From a virus (taxonomy: Duplodnaviria; Caudoviricetes), in the IMG/VR virus record IMGVR_UViG_3300042923_000331, positions 1 to 62,042 of that record: a DNA stretch of 62,042 bases; one strand, given 5' to 3'. How positions within the stretch are numbered: position 1 is the stretch's first letter; the number at the start of each line of letters is the position of its first letter. Positions 26,905 through 35,489 of the stretch are shown here, one piece after another. A program made the position numbers and the translations under genes. The notes beneath the pieces are model-generated. The model was given only the letters and a program-made list of their open reading frames with translations. It was not told where the DNA came from and ran no database searches.

Positions 26905-29151
26905 TTAAATTGGATTTGGCAGTTCTGTAATAAACTTTTCGAATCCGGTTGTAGCTTTTATTAGGTTGAGCGAATGGTACCGCTTCAAGTTAAGCAAATC
27001 CTGCAGCTCGTATGGTTGCAAATCTTCTTTTAGCTCCTCATAATTCTTTTTATCAGTGCTCTGCAGCAACATGTAGCTGGCGCCGCTGGCTTTTAGTGCT
27101 TCCCGGATGGTGTCTATTTGGCTTAAATAATGAGCTGAAAATATGAATTTTAATTGGAATTTTCCGGCTTGGACTAATATATCTTTTAATAAAAATTCAG
27201 CCGTCGGAGCTTGGAATATCTCGTCTAGTATCACATGGCATCGGTTCGGCTTTGTTGCTCTCCCACCTCTTAGCTGGCTAGCAAGCCATATCTTACTTAT
27301 AAAAAAAGTTGCTAGAATATTTTTATGTGCCTGTGTCGGGAATTTATCTTCCGGAATCTTTATTAATATTACTTTTCCCCTGCTTATTTCTTCTGCAAAG
27401 TTTATATTTTCGTCCATGGTCTTATTAAACATAAGCTTCAGCTTTATATCTTCCGTCAATAGGTTTATTCTGTCCATGGCGTATTCGATTTTTGATGTTT
27501 TGGTGTCTATTATTTCGCCGCTCCTCTTGTCGTATTCGTCCATGTCCTTTAGGTTATATATATCATCCTGCAAATATTCTACAAGCTCTGCCGGGATAAG
27601 GCTTATATATTCTGCTCTTTTCCGGTAGTCGGATAAGCACTCTATTACGTTTCTTAAGCTCATATTTTTGTTTATAAACACTACATTGCCGGCGCTAGCT
27701 AAACCTCTACGCATTCTACTTGTAAGCGGCATATCCGGATTTATGGCGTTTAGGAAAGCAAGCATTAGCTGCGTCTGCATGTTTGCAATTTCTAGGAGCT
27801 CATATTTGTCTTTTGCGTTATAACTGTTAACTTCATTAAAAGCAAAGCTTTGTCTTTGGCTGGCTTCGCTTAAGTCTATAGAAATCAATTTGTTTGATGG
27901 TGTTACTCTTTCTATATCTGCGGAAAGCTCACAGTTTTTTACAAAATCAATCACAATCAAGCTTTCGCCTTTTCTTATAACATCATGTGCATAGTTAGCA
28001 AAGAATGTACTTTTACCGGCTCTTTGTGCTCCTAAAACACACAATCCGAGGTTTGCTAAGTTTGGGTCTGCGCTCATGGTGGCTCTTACTCTATTTCCTT
28101 TGTAAGTTGCAGCTCCTAAATTAATATATCCTTGTAGCAGCTCTTCCGGGATAACTGTTTCTAATGTGTTTATATGCTCTATATGATATCTTTCTAAAAG
28201 CTCTCTTCCTGCAAGTGCTATAAAATTTCCACACTCTTTAATACTCATTTTATTAACCTCCGCTCCTATATTTAAAGCTCCATGGTTAAATATTTTAAAA
28301 GCCTTTTCTTTCAAATAATTATCGTCATCTATGCTCCTAAAACTATTTGCTAATGACTTTATATTGTTTAGTGATTCTATCCGTCTATTGCTTTCACTTA
28401 TCAATGCTATTTGCGTATTTAAAATTGCAGCTGACGCCTTTAATTGTGTTTTATGCGAAAGTTCTTTTTGCTTTGGTGTATTTACTTGACCGCTGGTGTT
28501 GAATAGGTTTATTAGGCTGTAAGCTTCGTTAAAAATGCTTTTCGCTACGTATGTAATGTTTACTTTGTTTCGGTCTATCGGTGCTCCGCTTTCATATTTA
28601 TTTATAGTGTTCTTATATGCTGCTCTCCATAAATGTTGGCTCGTTGGTATAAAATTATAAAATATCCCGGTACGGTCGCTATCCTGCAGGACGTCAATTA
28701 TATTTAAATTATTGTTTAACAGCTCGTTGTCTCTTCTATCAACTTCTAGTGATAAAGCGTCCTCTTTTGCATATACTAACTGCTTGTAAATTGCTTTGTC
28801 GCTAAACGATGGTAGTTTTTCCGCGTCTAGTACGGTTACACTTCCCCACGCTCTTCCGATTGCTTCTTTTAAAATGCTCTTTTGTTTTTCTGCTACTATG
28901 AAATAGAAATCTACTTGCTTTTTCGTTATGTATATAAAAAATGCTGTTTTGCATGGTGCTTCAAATCGTATCAGCTGCGGCACTTCAAAGCTTAATACTT
29001 CTTTGTAATTTTCAAACGTAAAACGGCTAATTAAAGGCTTATACGTTGATTGTATTGCTTGCGCTATCTTGTACGTTTCATTATTTCTTGCGCTGGTTGC
29101 TGGTATTACTTTCAAAATCTTATATTCCGGCTTTATTACTTCAAATTTCAT
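26905..29151 (-). CDS. FtsK/HerA/VirD4-like P-loop ATPase
   Basis: Walker A GAQRAGKST, Walker B VILDEIFQ, GKFQL..IFSAHYLSQ region. Confidence 0.8.
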   Translation of the reverse strand: MKFEVIKPEYKILKVIPATSARNNETYKIAQAIQSTYKPLISRFTFENYKEVLSFEVPQLIRFEAPCKTAFFIYITKKQVDFYFIVAEKQKSILKEAIGRAWGSVTVLDAEKLPSFSDKAIYKQLVYAKEDALSLEVDRRDNELLNNNLNIIDVLQDSDRTGIFYNFIPTSQHLWRAAYKNTINKYESGAPIDRNKVNITYVAKSIFNEAYSLINLFNTSGQVNTPKQKELSHKTQLKASAAILNTQIALISESNRRIESLNNIKSLANSFRSIDDDNYLKEKAFKIFNHGALNIGAEVNKMSIKECGNFIALAGRELLERYHIEHINTLETVIPEELLQGYINLGAATYKGNRVRATMSADPNLANLGLCVLGAQRAGKSTFFANYAHDVIRKGESLIVIDFVKNCELSADIERVTPSNKLISIDLSEASQRQSFAFNEVNSYNAKDKYELLEIANMQTQLMLAFLNAINPDMPLTSRMRRGLASAGNVVFINKNMSLRNVIECLSDYRKRAEYISLIPAELVEYLQDDIYNLKDMDEYDKRSGEIIDTKTSKIEYAMDRINLLTEDIKLKLMFNKTMDENINFAEEISRGKVILIKIPEDKFPTQAHKNILATFFISKIWLASQLRGGRATKPNRCHVILDEIFQAPTAEFLLKDILVQAGKFQLKFIFSAHYLSQIDTIREALKASGASYMLLQSTDKKNYEELKEDLQPYELQDLLNLKRYHSLNLIKATTGFEKFITELPNPI

Positions 29152-29161
29152 TGTAGCCCTC

Positions 29162-29344
29162 CTATATTTCTAGTAGAAACATATATACTACTAACCCTAA
29201 CCAAATGTATTTTTTAGTGTCAAATCCTAACACCGCCAAAACTATTGAAATCATGCAGACGTATATGCATATTAAGTATCCTGCATTTTTCATGAAATTA
29301 TATACGTCGACTATAAATTCTATAAATTCTCCCAATCTTATCAC
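29162..29344 (-). CDS. Small two-TM membrane protein
   Basis: Two hydrophobic helices. Confidence 0.7.
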   Translation of the reverse strand: MIRLGEFIEFIVDVYNFMKNAGYLICIYVCMISIVLAVLGFDTKKYIWLGLVVYMFLLEI

Positions 29345-29709
29345 CTGCCAAACATATTTTGAATTTCATCAAATGCTGTCGGTAGTAAATAAACGCCGGC
29401 GTATGCTAACAAGTATCCCATTAGATTTTTTTTAGCTGCTTGAATATCTCCGTTTATGCAAGCTTGAATTACTTCAAAAGCGCCCTTGAAAACTAATACT
29501 AGCTTTACTACTCCATCTGCCAATTTATAATATAAATTCATTCCTTTTCCCTCTGCGAAACCAGCTGACGCACCAAATGCTACAGAAATATTTAAAAAAA
29601 TCATCATCAAAAGAAAAATTTTTATTGTGTACTTGCATATTTCCGTTGTGTCGCGCATATTTTGGTAGAAAAACCGTCTACCAAAAACCTTAGACCCTTT
29701 ATGTGCCAT
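29341..29709 (-). CDS. Membrane protein, pilin (VirB2/TrbC)-like topology
   Basis: Leader ending in AFG/A, two hydrophobic helices separated by GD...AKK. Confidence 0.55.
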   Translation of the reverse strand: MAHKGSKVFGRRFFYQNMRDTTEICKYTIKIFLLMMIFLNISVAFGASAGFAEGKGMNLYYKLADGVVKLVLVFKGAFEVIQACINGDIQAAKKNLMGYLLAYAGVYLLPTAFDEIQNMFGR

Positions 29710-29711
29710 GA

Positions 29712-29891
29712 TTACACCCCCCATATTATGCTTGTTTCTACTTTTTCTGATTTCTTAACCCTCTCTAAAATCATAACGTCTCTTAAAATATCCTTAATAA
29801 ATGCGCTTTTTCCACTATGTATTTCTATCCATTCAAACAATTCTGCATCTTCCGGCTTGTTTTTAAAGCTTAGTACAATTGTCTTATTCAT
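29712..29891 (-). CDS. Second ParR-like ribbon-helix-helix protein, 59 aa
   Basis: Manual translation MNKTIVLSFKNKPEDAELFEWIE..SAFIKDILRDVM; paralog of 30287-30463. Confidence 0.7.
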   Translation of the reverse strand: MNKTIVLSFKNKPEDAELFEWIEIHSGKSAFIKDILRDVMILERVKKSEKVETSIIWGV

Positions 29892-29973
29892 ATTGGTTCC
29901 CCCTCTATTTTGTTAGTTTTTATAATTTTATTATGAATTTTATAAAATATTCCTAAATTTAATAAAATTTAAC

Positions 29974-30008
29974 AAAAAAAGAACCGGACATTTTGTGTCC
30001 GGTTCTTT
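29974..30008. terminator. Intrinsic terminator
   Basis: aagaaccggaca/tgtccggttctt stem with A-run (U-run on the minus strand). Confidence 0.8.
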
Positions 30009-30275
30009 CTAATCTCTAGGGTCAAATATTCCGTTTACGTATGCTTGATATTGCTCGTCGTTTCGCTTTTTTCTATTGGCTTCATTCTCTTCGACCACCA
30101 TTTCTTTTGTGTATCCGTTATACGTTATTTTGGCGCCGTCTACTCTCATAATTGTAAAACCTTGTATTTCTCCGCGCTCGTTTACGTCGTAATGCCTTGC
30201 CAAATCGTCATTTTGTGTGGTTCTTGAAAACATTCTAATTGTACTGTTTTGCGCTAATCTTGCTGTGTTTTTCAT
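30009..30275 (-). CDS. Hypothetical protein in the par operon
   Basis: ORF with RBS. Confidence 0.65.
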   Translation of the reverse strand: MKNTARLAQNSTIRMFSRTTQNDDLARHYDVNERGEIQGFTIMRVDGAKITYNGYTKEMVVEENEANRKKRNDEQYQAYVNGIFDPRD

Positions 30276-30286
30276 GGTTATCCCTC

Positions 30287-30463
30287 CTAAAAATCTATTA
30301 ATTTTATTCTTGGTGTTTCTTCTTTCTTTATAGCTCTTTTGCTTTTCATATCTTCTCTAAGCAAATCTTTTATAAATCCGCTATAATTCGATTTTTCTAA
30401 AAGGTAATTAAAAACGTCGTCGTCTTTGTGCTCTTTAAAGCTTAATATTATTTTCTTAGCCAT
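30287..30463 (-). CDS. ParR-like RHH centromere-binding adaptor
   Basis: IILSFK...SGFIKDLLREDM; directly downstream of ParM. Confidence 0.7.
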   Translation of the reverse strand: MAKKIILSFKEHKDDDVFNYLLEKSNYSGFIKDLLREDMKSKRAIKKEETPRIKLIDF

Positions 30464-30475
30464 TGCGCACACCTC

Positions 30476-31354
30476 TTAAAATATCATTTCTGCTACTTTT
30501 TTAAAACCTATTGCATTACTATAAATATAGTTGTCTGCTAATATTGTCTTGTATCTTCTATTGAATGCGTTTTCGAATAATTTACCGCCGCCGCCTGTTA
30601 ATATAATCTGCTCCGTGCTCACAGGGTAATTCAATTCCAGCTCTCTGTTTATCTTTATAAAATTATCTCTTAAGGTTGCTTTTATAAAACTCAAATCAAT
30701 ATCAGCTCCGTCAACTTTCAAATATCCTTGCTGTATTATTTTTTCGGCGTGCTCATGGTCTATATTTAGCGCGTATTTATTATTTAAATATCTTGAAACG
30801 TCGCTGTATATATTTAATGTTCCTATTGCTAGCGTGCTATTATTCATAAGTTTTCCGGCTCTTATATAGCATATATCCGTCGTCCTGCCGCCTATATCTA
30901 CTATTATGCAATCTTTGTTGATGTTAAGTGAATAGTACGTCGCTAAACTTTCCGGGTATATTTCACACTCTTTGATTATTAGATTTCTCGGTTCATCATT
31001 TAGCTTTAAATTTTTAAATTTAAAGCTAAGTATGCGCTCTTTCAAATCTTCTTTATGTTCTTTAAATTGTCCGATTGGAAGCCCTAAAACCACACTATTG
31101 CATATATCTTTAGTTGATAAAAGAATAGCTGTTGTTAAAAGCGGAATTATATTAGTCTTTTTAGCTTTGTTTAGCATGGTTTCTATATTGCTTTCGCCAA
31201 TATAAAACACCTCACCGTTTAATTCCAGCTTTATTTTATTACCCATTATATTTTCTAGCGTTTCTACGGAGCTTTTAAAAATAACGTCCGGGCTTGCTTT
31301 TGTTGCATAATTTCCTACATCAATTCCAAGTATCAATTTTCTATCCCCTTTCAT
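30476..31354 (-). CDS. parM: ParM/StbA family actin-like partition ATPase
   Basis: GIDVGNYATK, GLP, YPES, VDIGGRTTD, LTGGGG, NAIGF. Confidence 0.93.
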   Translation of the reverse strand: MKGDRKLILGIDVGNYATKASPDVIFKSSVETLENIMGNKIKLELNGEVFYIGESNIETMLNKAKKTNIIPLLTTAILLSTKDICNSVVLGLPIGQFKEHKEDLKERILSFKFKNLKLNDEPRNLIIKECEIYPESLATYYSLNINKDCIIVDIGGRTTDICYIRAGKLMNNSTLAIGTLNIYSDVSRYLNNKYALNIDHEHAEKIIQQGYLKVDGADIDLSFIKATLRDNFIKINRELELNYPVSTEQIILTGGGGKLFENAFNRRYKTILADNYIYSNAIGFKKVAEMIF

Positions 31355-31437
31355 ATTCTTTTACTTATTTATATGCGCTGCAGGATGAAAAGTTGACTAC
31401 TTTTTATATCTTTTTATGGTAAATTGGTAAATAAAAC

Positions 31438-31563
31438 TTTTATATATCCGGTTGCTCCCCATACTAAGAATGCCGCCGAAGCGGCTCCAAGTATATTTTC
31501 AAAGCATTTCATTTTGTCCCATTTGTATTTCCTTTTAGCTTTTTTCATTTTAAAGTATTTCAT
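31438..31563 (-). CDS. Small basic membrane peptide, 41 aa
   Basis: Manual translation MKYFKMKKAKRKYKW...ILGAASAAFLVWGATGYI. Confidence 0.5.
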
Positions 31564-31579
31564 GTTTAGTCCCCCTTAA

Positions 31580-31900
31580 TCAAAATTCATAAATCAAAGC
31601 GCTGCTGTTTATTGTTTCCGCCGGGATAACTTCCGGATATATATACGCTTTACATTTGAAAAATGCTTCGCTGTGGTCATATGAATAATCTAGCTTGCTT
31701 TTCTCTATGCTTTCGGTGTCAATTTCTATTACTATTAAGTCCTCAACTTTTTTCCCTCTGATTATTGGAAATTTTAGCGCGTTTTGTACTGAATCAGCAA
31801 AGTATATTACACCGTCGCACCCTGTTTTTAAACCGTTTTCTAGTATGCTGTCTAAATTCTTTTTTAATGTACTATGGTATAGCTTTTTTATTTCTATCAT
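31580..31900 (-). CDS. Small ADP-ribosyltransferase-fold protein (Tpt1/DarT-like)
   Basis: LYHST..NLDSILENGL..GVIYFADS...VIEID...IP. Confidence 0.6.
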   Translation of the reverse strand: MIEIKKLYHSTLKKNLDSILENGLKTGCDGVIYFADSVQNALKFPIIRGKKVEDLIVIEIDTESIEKSKLDYSYDHSEAFFKCKAYIYPEVIPAETINSSALIYEF

Positions 31901-31911
31901 TTTTATTCCTC

Positions 31912-32061
31912 CTAATATGTTTTTAATAAATCGTTTATTTTTTCTATTTCTGTTTCATAAAACTCATATTTTTCATAGTTGCCTTTCTCGTATTCCTCTT
32001 TGCTCGCTTTTTTGTATTCTTGTTTTTTCTTTTGTAAATAATTATAAGTTTGATAGTCCAT
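31912..32061 (-). CDS. Small hypothetical protein, 49 aa
   Basis: Manual translation MDYQTYNYLQKKK..., with GGAGG RBS. Confidence 0.55.
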   Translation of the reverse strand: MDYQTYNYLQKKKQEYKKASKEEYEKGNYEKYEFYETEIEKINDLLKTY

Positions 32062-32217
32062 CTGTTTCCTCCTATTTGTTTTGTTCTGCTTCCGCGTCCC
32101 ATAACATTTGGTGTAATTCTCTTATTTCGTCTACCCACTGTAAGCTGCCGTCGTTATTATTTTCCATGCTTTCTATGTCTCTTTTTAGTGATTCTATTCT
32201 ATCCATGTTGCTCCTCC

Positions 32218-32391
32218 TTATCTCTCATAAAAATGTTGGTCTATTAAATCTTGCTGCGCCCAGCCGTATTGTACGTCGGGTCTATTTTCATAATCTTCTA
32301 TAAATTCCGCTTCAGCTTCTGCTAATTCTCTTAAGCAATCACATTTGTTTTCTAGCGGTTCTCCGCAGTATTGACAAAACATTTTTTTCAT
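32218..32391 (-). CDS. Small Zn-finger protein
   Basis: Start MKKMFCQYCG with GGAGG RBS. Confidence 0.7.
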   Translation of the reverse strand: MKKMFCQYCGEPLENKCDCLRELAEAEAEFIEDYENRPDVQYGWAQQDLIDQHFYER

Positions 32392-32415
32392 GTTATAAAC
32401 CTCCTTATTTGCTTT

Positions 32416-32480
32416 GCTGTTTCGGGCTTGTAACCGTATCAGCTGCCGCATTACCGGAGCGCCGGCTCCGTTACTCTGCG
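32416..32480 (-). ncRNA. Intergenic two-stem structured RNA element
   Basis: CGCA..GGAGC-CGGC-GCUCC..UGCG stem followed by a GCUG..GG-UUACAAG-CC..CAGC stem. Confidence 0.45.
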
Positions 32481-32484
32481 CTTG

Positions 32485-32553
32485 TTATTTTATTATTAAA
32501 AGTATTACAAAGCTTATGACCGCTAGGGAAAGAAAAAAATCTGTTGCTGGCAT
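32485..32553 (-). CDS. 22-aa hydrophobic peptide
   Basis: MPATDFFLSLAVISFVILLIIK with GGAGTG RBS. Confidence 0.45.
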   Translation of the reverse strand: MPATDFFLSLAVISFVILLIIK

Positions 32554-32555
32554 TT

Positions 32556-32771
32556 TTATTCACTCCATTCTGCGTTTCTATAATATTTCTCTTCTAAATC
32601 TTTTAACATTTGTAATCTGCTTTTAAGTACTAATGCTAATGTTGTTCCGTCTCTATTAGAGTTTTTTAATTTTTCTTCTTCATACGCAATTGTTGCTATT
32701 TCAATTTCTTTTTTTAATTGTTTTAAAGTCATACCTTTTCCGCTTGCATAATCTACCGTATATTTTGCCAT
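32556..32771 (-). CDS. Hypothetical early protein
   Basis: First gene after a consensus promoter. Confidence 0.7.
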   Translation of the reverse strand: MAKYTVDYASGKGMTLKQLKKEIEIATIAYEEEKLKNSNRDGTTLALVLKSRLQMLKDLEEKYYRNAEWSE

Positions 32772-32823
32772 TTTGTTCGGCTCCTTTTACTTTATTTTCG
32801 GGTCAACTCTTACCCTCAAACAC

Positions 32824-32852
32824 ATTATATTCCATTTTGGAGAATTAGTCAA
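32824..32852 (-). promoter_or_regulatory. Consensus sigma-A promoter with spacer operator
   Basis: TTGACT-aattcTCCAaaaTGGAa-TATAAT. Confidence 0.8.
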
Positions 32853-32965
32853 TAGTATTTTATAAATATATTGAAAAATCAATGATATATTTGCTTGCCG
32901 CTGCTTTTATCGTGCGTCAAAACTCATTTAAAGACGTCGCTTTTACGTTGAAATTTCAAACAAAA

Positions 32966-33012
32966 TAAAAAAAACAGCCGATACAGTTTTTTATACTGTA
33001 CCAGCTGCTTTT
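32966..33012 (-). terminator. Terminator of the lysis operon
   Basis: cagc..tacagt/actgta..gctg stem with A-run. Confidence 0.6.
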
Positions 33013-33016
33013 TATT

Positions 33017-33604
33017 TTATATGCTCCACTTTGCTACTTTTATAACCAAAGTGTCTAGATTTTTTGTAGTCTCACACGCTTTTATCCAAAACTCCGGTGT
33101 GTTTATTACATTCTTTTTCACTAAATAGCCTATTGCTTCCGGGTATGTGTCAATTTCTTTCTTTTCGATGGCTGCTTCTATATACTCTCTCGGGTCTACG
33201 CAGCGCATAAACACATTATAGTCTGTTTTGCATCGCTCCCAAAAATTCGGATAGCTGCAATGTCTTACTTCAAAATGTAAATGTGCTGCAGTTGAATCGC
33301 CGGTGTTTCCTGTATATCCTAAAAGCTGTCCGGCTTTTACTAGCTGTCCGGCTTTTACTGCGAAACCGTCTAAGTGTGCGTATAGAGTGCCCCATTTTCC
33401 ATGGTCTACTACTATGTATAAACCGTATCCACCCGGATTGTCTTTTGCTACTTGTACAATTCCGGCTTCTACTGCAAAGACCGGCGTTCCTATAGCTGCG
33501 CGCAAATCTACGCCGTTATGCCACCACATGTCTTTATATTCTCGAAAACCAAAATCGTATGTTATGTACATTATGTTTAATGGTGGATTTTTAAAAGCGA
33601 TCAT
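33017..33604 (-). CDS. M23 peptidase endolysin
   Basis: HNGVD, YAHL, GNTGDST..HLHFEVR. Confidence 0.92.
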   Translation of the reverse strand: MIAFKNPPLNIMYITYDFGFREYKDMWWHNGVDLRAAIGTPVFAVEAGIVQVAKDNPGGYGLYIVVDHGKWGTLYAHLDGFAVKAGQLVKAGQLLGYTGNTGDSTAAHLHFEVRHCSYPNFWERCKTDYNVFMRCVDPREYIEAAIEKKEIDTYPEAIGYLVKKNVINTPEFWIKACETTKNLDTLVIKVAKWSI

Positions 33605-34047
33605 TTTTGAACCTCTTCGTTTTCGGCTCTTTGGTTTAATACCGATAAAGCTTTTTGTATTATAGACGGTATTGGTATACCCATTAAGCCGGCATTCTCT
33701 GTAATGCTTAATGTTTCGTTAACTATATATGCTATTATTGCAGCGTTTCTTATTACTTGTGTTCCACTTACTTTGTCTAATTGAGCTGCAACTAATACTA
33801 TTAATAGTGTTCCGCCTTTTTTGCAAAGCCCTTTCCAACCGGCAAGCGATTCTAATTTGCCGGTTTCTGTTTTCTTTGATTTGTTGAATACTCCGGCTAC
33901 TACTAGCCCTGTTATGTAGTCTATTCCCATGAAAAGCACGAGCGTTTGTAGCGCCATGTCCCACCCTCCGAGTAAATTCGCTATAATGCTGCCTGCTACC
34001 CCTAGTACAGCTAATATGCTTGCTTTTATATTAGTTACATGTTGCAT
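33601..34047 (-). CDS. Phage holin (holin_4_1 type)
   Basis: LGGWD, IDYITG, GLCKK, NE.LSI.EN.G.MG.PIP. Confidence 0.92.
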   Translation of the reverse strand: MQHVTNIKASILAVLGVAGSIIANLLGGWDMALQTLVLFMGIDYITGLVVAGVFNKSKKTETGKLESLAGWKGLCKKGGTLLIVLVAAQLDKVSGTQVIRNAAIIAYIVNETLSITENAGLMGIPIPSIIQKALSVLNQRAENEEVQK

Positions 34048-35042
34048 TACTTTTCCCCCTTAAGTTCGTTTGTTATTTTTTCATAAATTCTTCTTGATGT
34101 TGCTGCTTCTTCAGCTCTAGTAACTGTTTTGTGTGGGTCGAAAGTATTATCGCCATCGCCCTGCATTAAACCTTTTTCTGTGCAAAATTTTACGTCGTCA
34201 TAAAACCAATCTGTTTCCTTTACGTCGGTAAAATCCATATTTTCCTCCTCTTCTTTTGGTGGTTGCGGTTTATTATTTCTTAATTCATCAAGCTTTTGTA
34301 ATCTGTCCGTTAATGGTAACACCGGCAATCCGTAACCATAACTGTTATCTTTGTCTTTTTCGCCTAAATCAATGCTTATTGATTTTAATATTTCTACACA
34401 TTCTGCTTGTGTAAAATCGCCATATCTTTGCAAAAGCAAAGCTACTTTTGATGCCAATCCCGGAGAAGCTGCGGAAGTTCCCACACCCCTTGCCATAAAT
34501 GACATAAAGTCTAATTCTTCTCCTATTGCACTATAGTACATTCTTTTTATTGTGCCATTTTCCTTAATTTGAACAGAACCTACGGCTATTGCGGTGTCAT
34601 CTTTGGTGTATACTCCTCTTACGCCGTTTGCTCCGTCATTTCCTGCAGAACAAAAGAATATTACACCTTTTCGCTTTTGTATATCTTTGAAATAATTCAA
34701 AGTTGCTTTTGTCCCACTTCCGGCGAATGATTTTGTTACAATTTTTATGTTGTATTTATCAATAGCTTTCTCAAAATCAATTTTTTCGCCGTCAATAGTT
34801 AAATACATTTCGATTACTTGGTCGCCTTTTGTTCTGCCGCTTATGGTGCTATTTATTACAGTTGCTTCCGGTGCGTAATCTTTAATTACTTTAGTTGTCA
34901 TTTTTCCGTGGTCTGATAAGCTTTCACCATTTAAAATAACAATTCCTTTACCCTTGTAACCTAAATCGTGATAGTTTTTTATGTGATTGAATTGTATTTG
35001 CCGTTTGAAATCGGCTTCTAGTAATTCTGCATATGTTGTCAC
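34047..35042 (-). CDS. S8 subtilisin-like protease with C-terminal SLH domain
   Basis: DHG, SAGNDG, GTSAASP, YGYG; FTDV..DWFY..V...GLMQG....F.P...VTRAE. Confidence 0.85.
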   Translation of the reverse strand: MTTYAELLEADFKRQIQFNHIKNYHDLGYKGKGIVILNGESLSDHGKMTTKVIKDYAPEATVINSTISGRTKGDQVIEMYLTIDGEKIDFEKAIDKYNIKIVTKSFAGSGTKATLNYFKDIQKRKGVIFFCSAGNDGANGVRGVYTKDDTAIAVGSVQIKENGTIKRMYYSAIGEELDFMSFMARGVGTSAASPGLASKVALLLQRYGDFTQAECVEILKSISIDLGEKDKDNSYGYGLPVLPLTDRLQKLDELRNNKPQPPKEEEENMDFTDVKETDWFYDDVKFCTEKGLMQGDGDNTFDPHKTVTRAEEAATSRRIYEKITNELKGEK

Positions 35043-35167
35043 TATTATTCCTCCCCTATTTTCATTTTTTCGAATGCGTCTTTACATTCACAGATAATGG
35101 TCACCCCCTTTGGTGGTTTTATCAATAAAAATCATTCTTTTCATTGGCTGAACCTCCTTTTAGAATA

Positions 35168-35197
35168 TAAAAAAGCCGTATAAAATACGGCTTTTTT
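35168..35197. terminator. Bidirectional intrinsic terminator
   Basis: aaaaagccgtat/atacggcttttt. Confidence 0.8.
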
Positions 35198-35218
35198 ATA
35201 TTGTTTTTTAAAACTTTT

Positions 35219-35488
35219 TTATAACTCTTCTGCTATTATTAAATCAGCTGGTTTGAATTGTGGGTCGTCAGCTGCTTTTAATGCTAAAGTGTCTGCATGC
35301 TCTTGCGCTGTAATATATCCGTTTTGAAGTGCTAAATCTATATCGTTTATATAATAGTTGTCTGCCGCATACTGCATAACAGGCACTTCATACTCGGGTC
35401 TTGTAGCTCTAATGTTAGCTAGTGTATTTTTCCCAGCTAGATACACATTTGTTGCATAACTTCTTACTAATAAATTATTTACTGCCAT
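35219..35488 (-). CDS. Small tail-fibre-associated protein (XkdX-like position)
   Basis: Position after the fibre genes; GYITAQE motif. Confidence 0.55.
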   Translation of the reverse strand: MAVNNLLVRSYATNVYLAGKNTLANIRATRPEYEVPVMQYAADNYYINDIDLALQNGYITAQEHADTLALKAADDPQFKPADLIIAEEL

Positions 35489-35489
35489 T

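Noticed and set aside
26905-29709. Complete conjugative T4SS
   Set aside because: No relaxase, oriT or further VirB components recognised; kept only as a minimal translocation hypothesis
31944-32138. Basic 64-aa minus-strand ORF
   Set aside because: It overlaps two better ORFs in other frames that have GGAGG RBSs
32416-32445. Hammerhead ribozyme (CUGAU...GAAAC)
   Set aside because: The core reads CUGAUAC rather than CUGANGA, and stems I/III with a cleavage triplet cannot be formed convincingly
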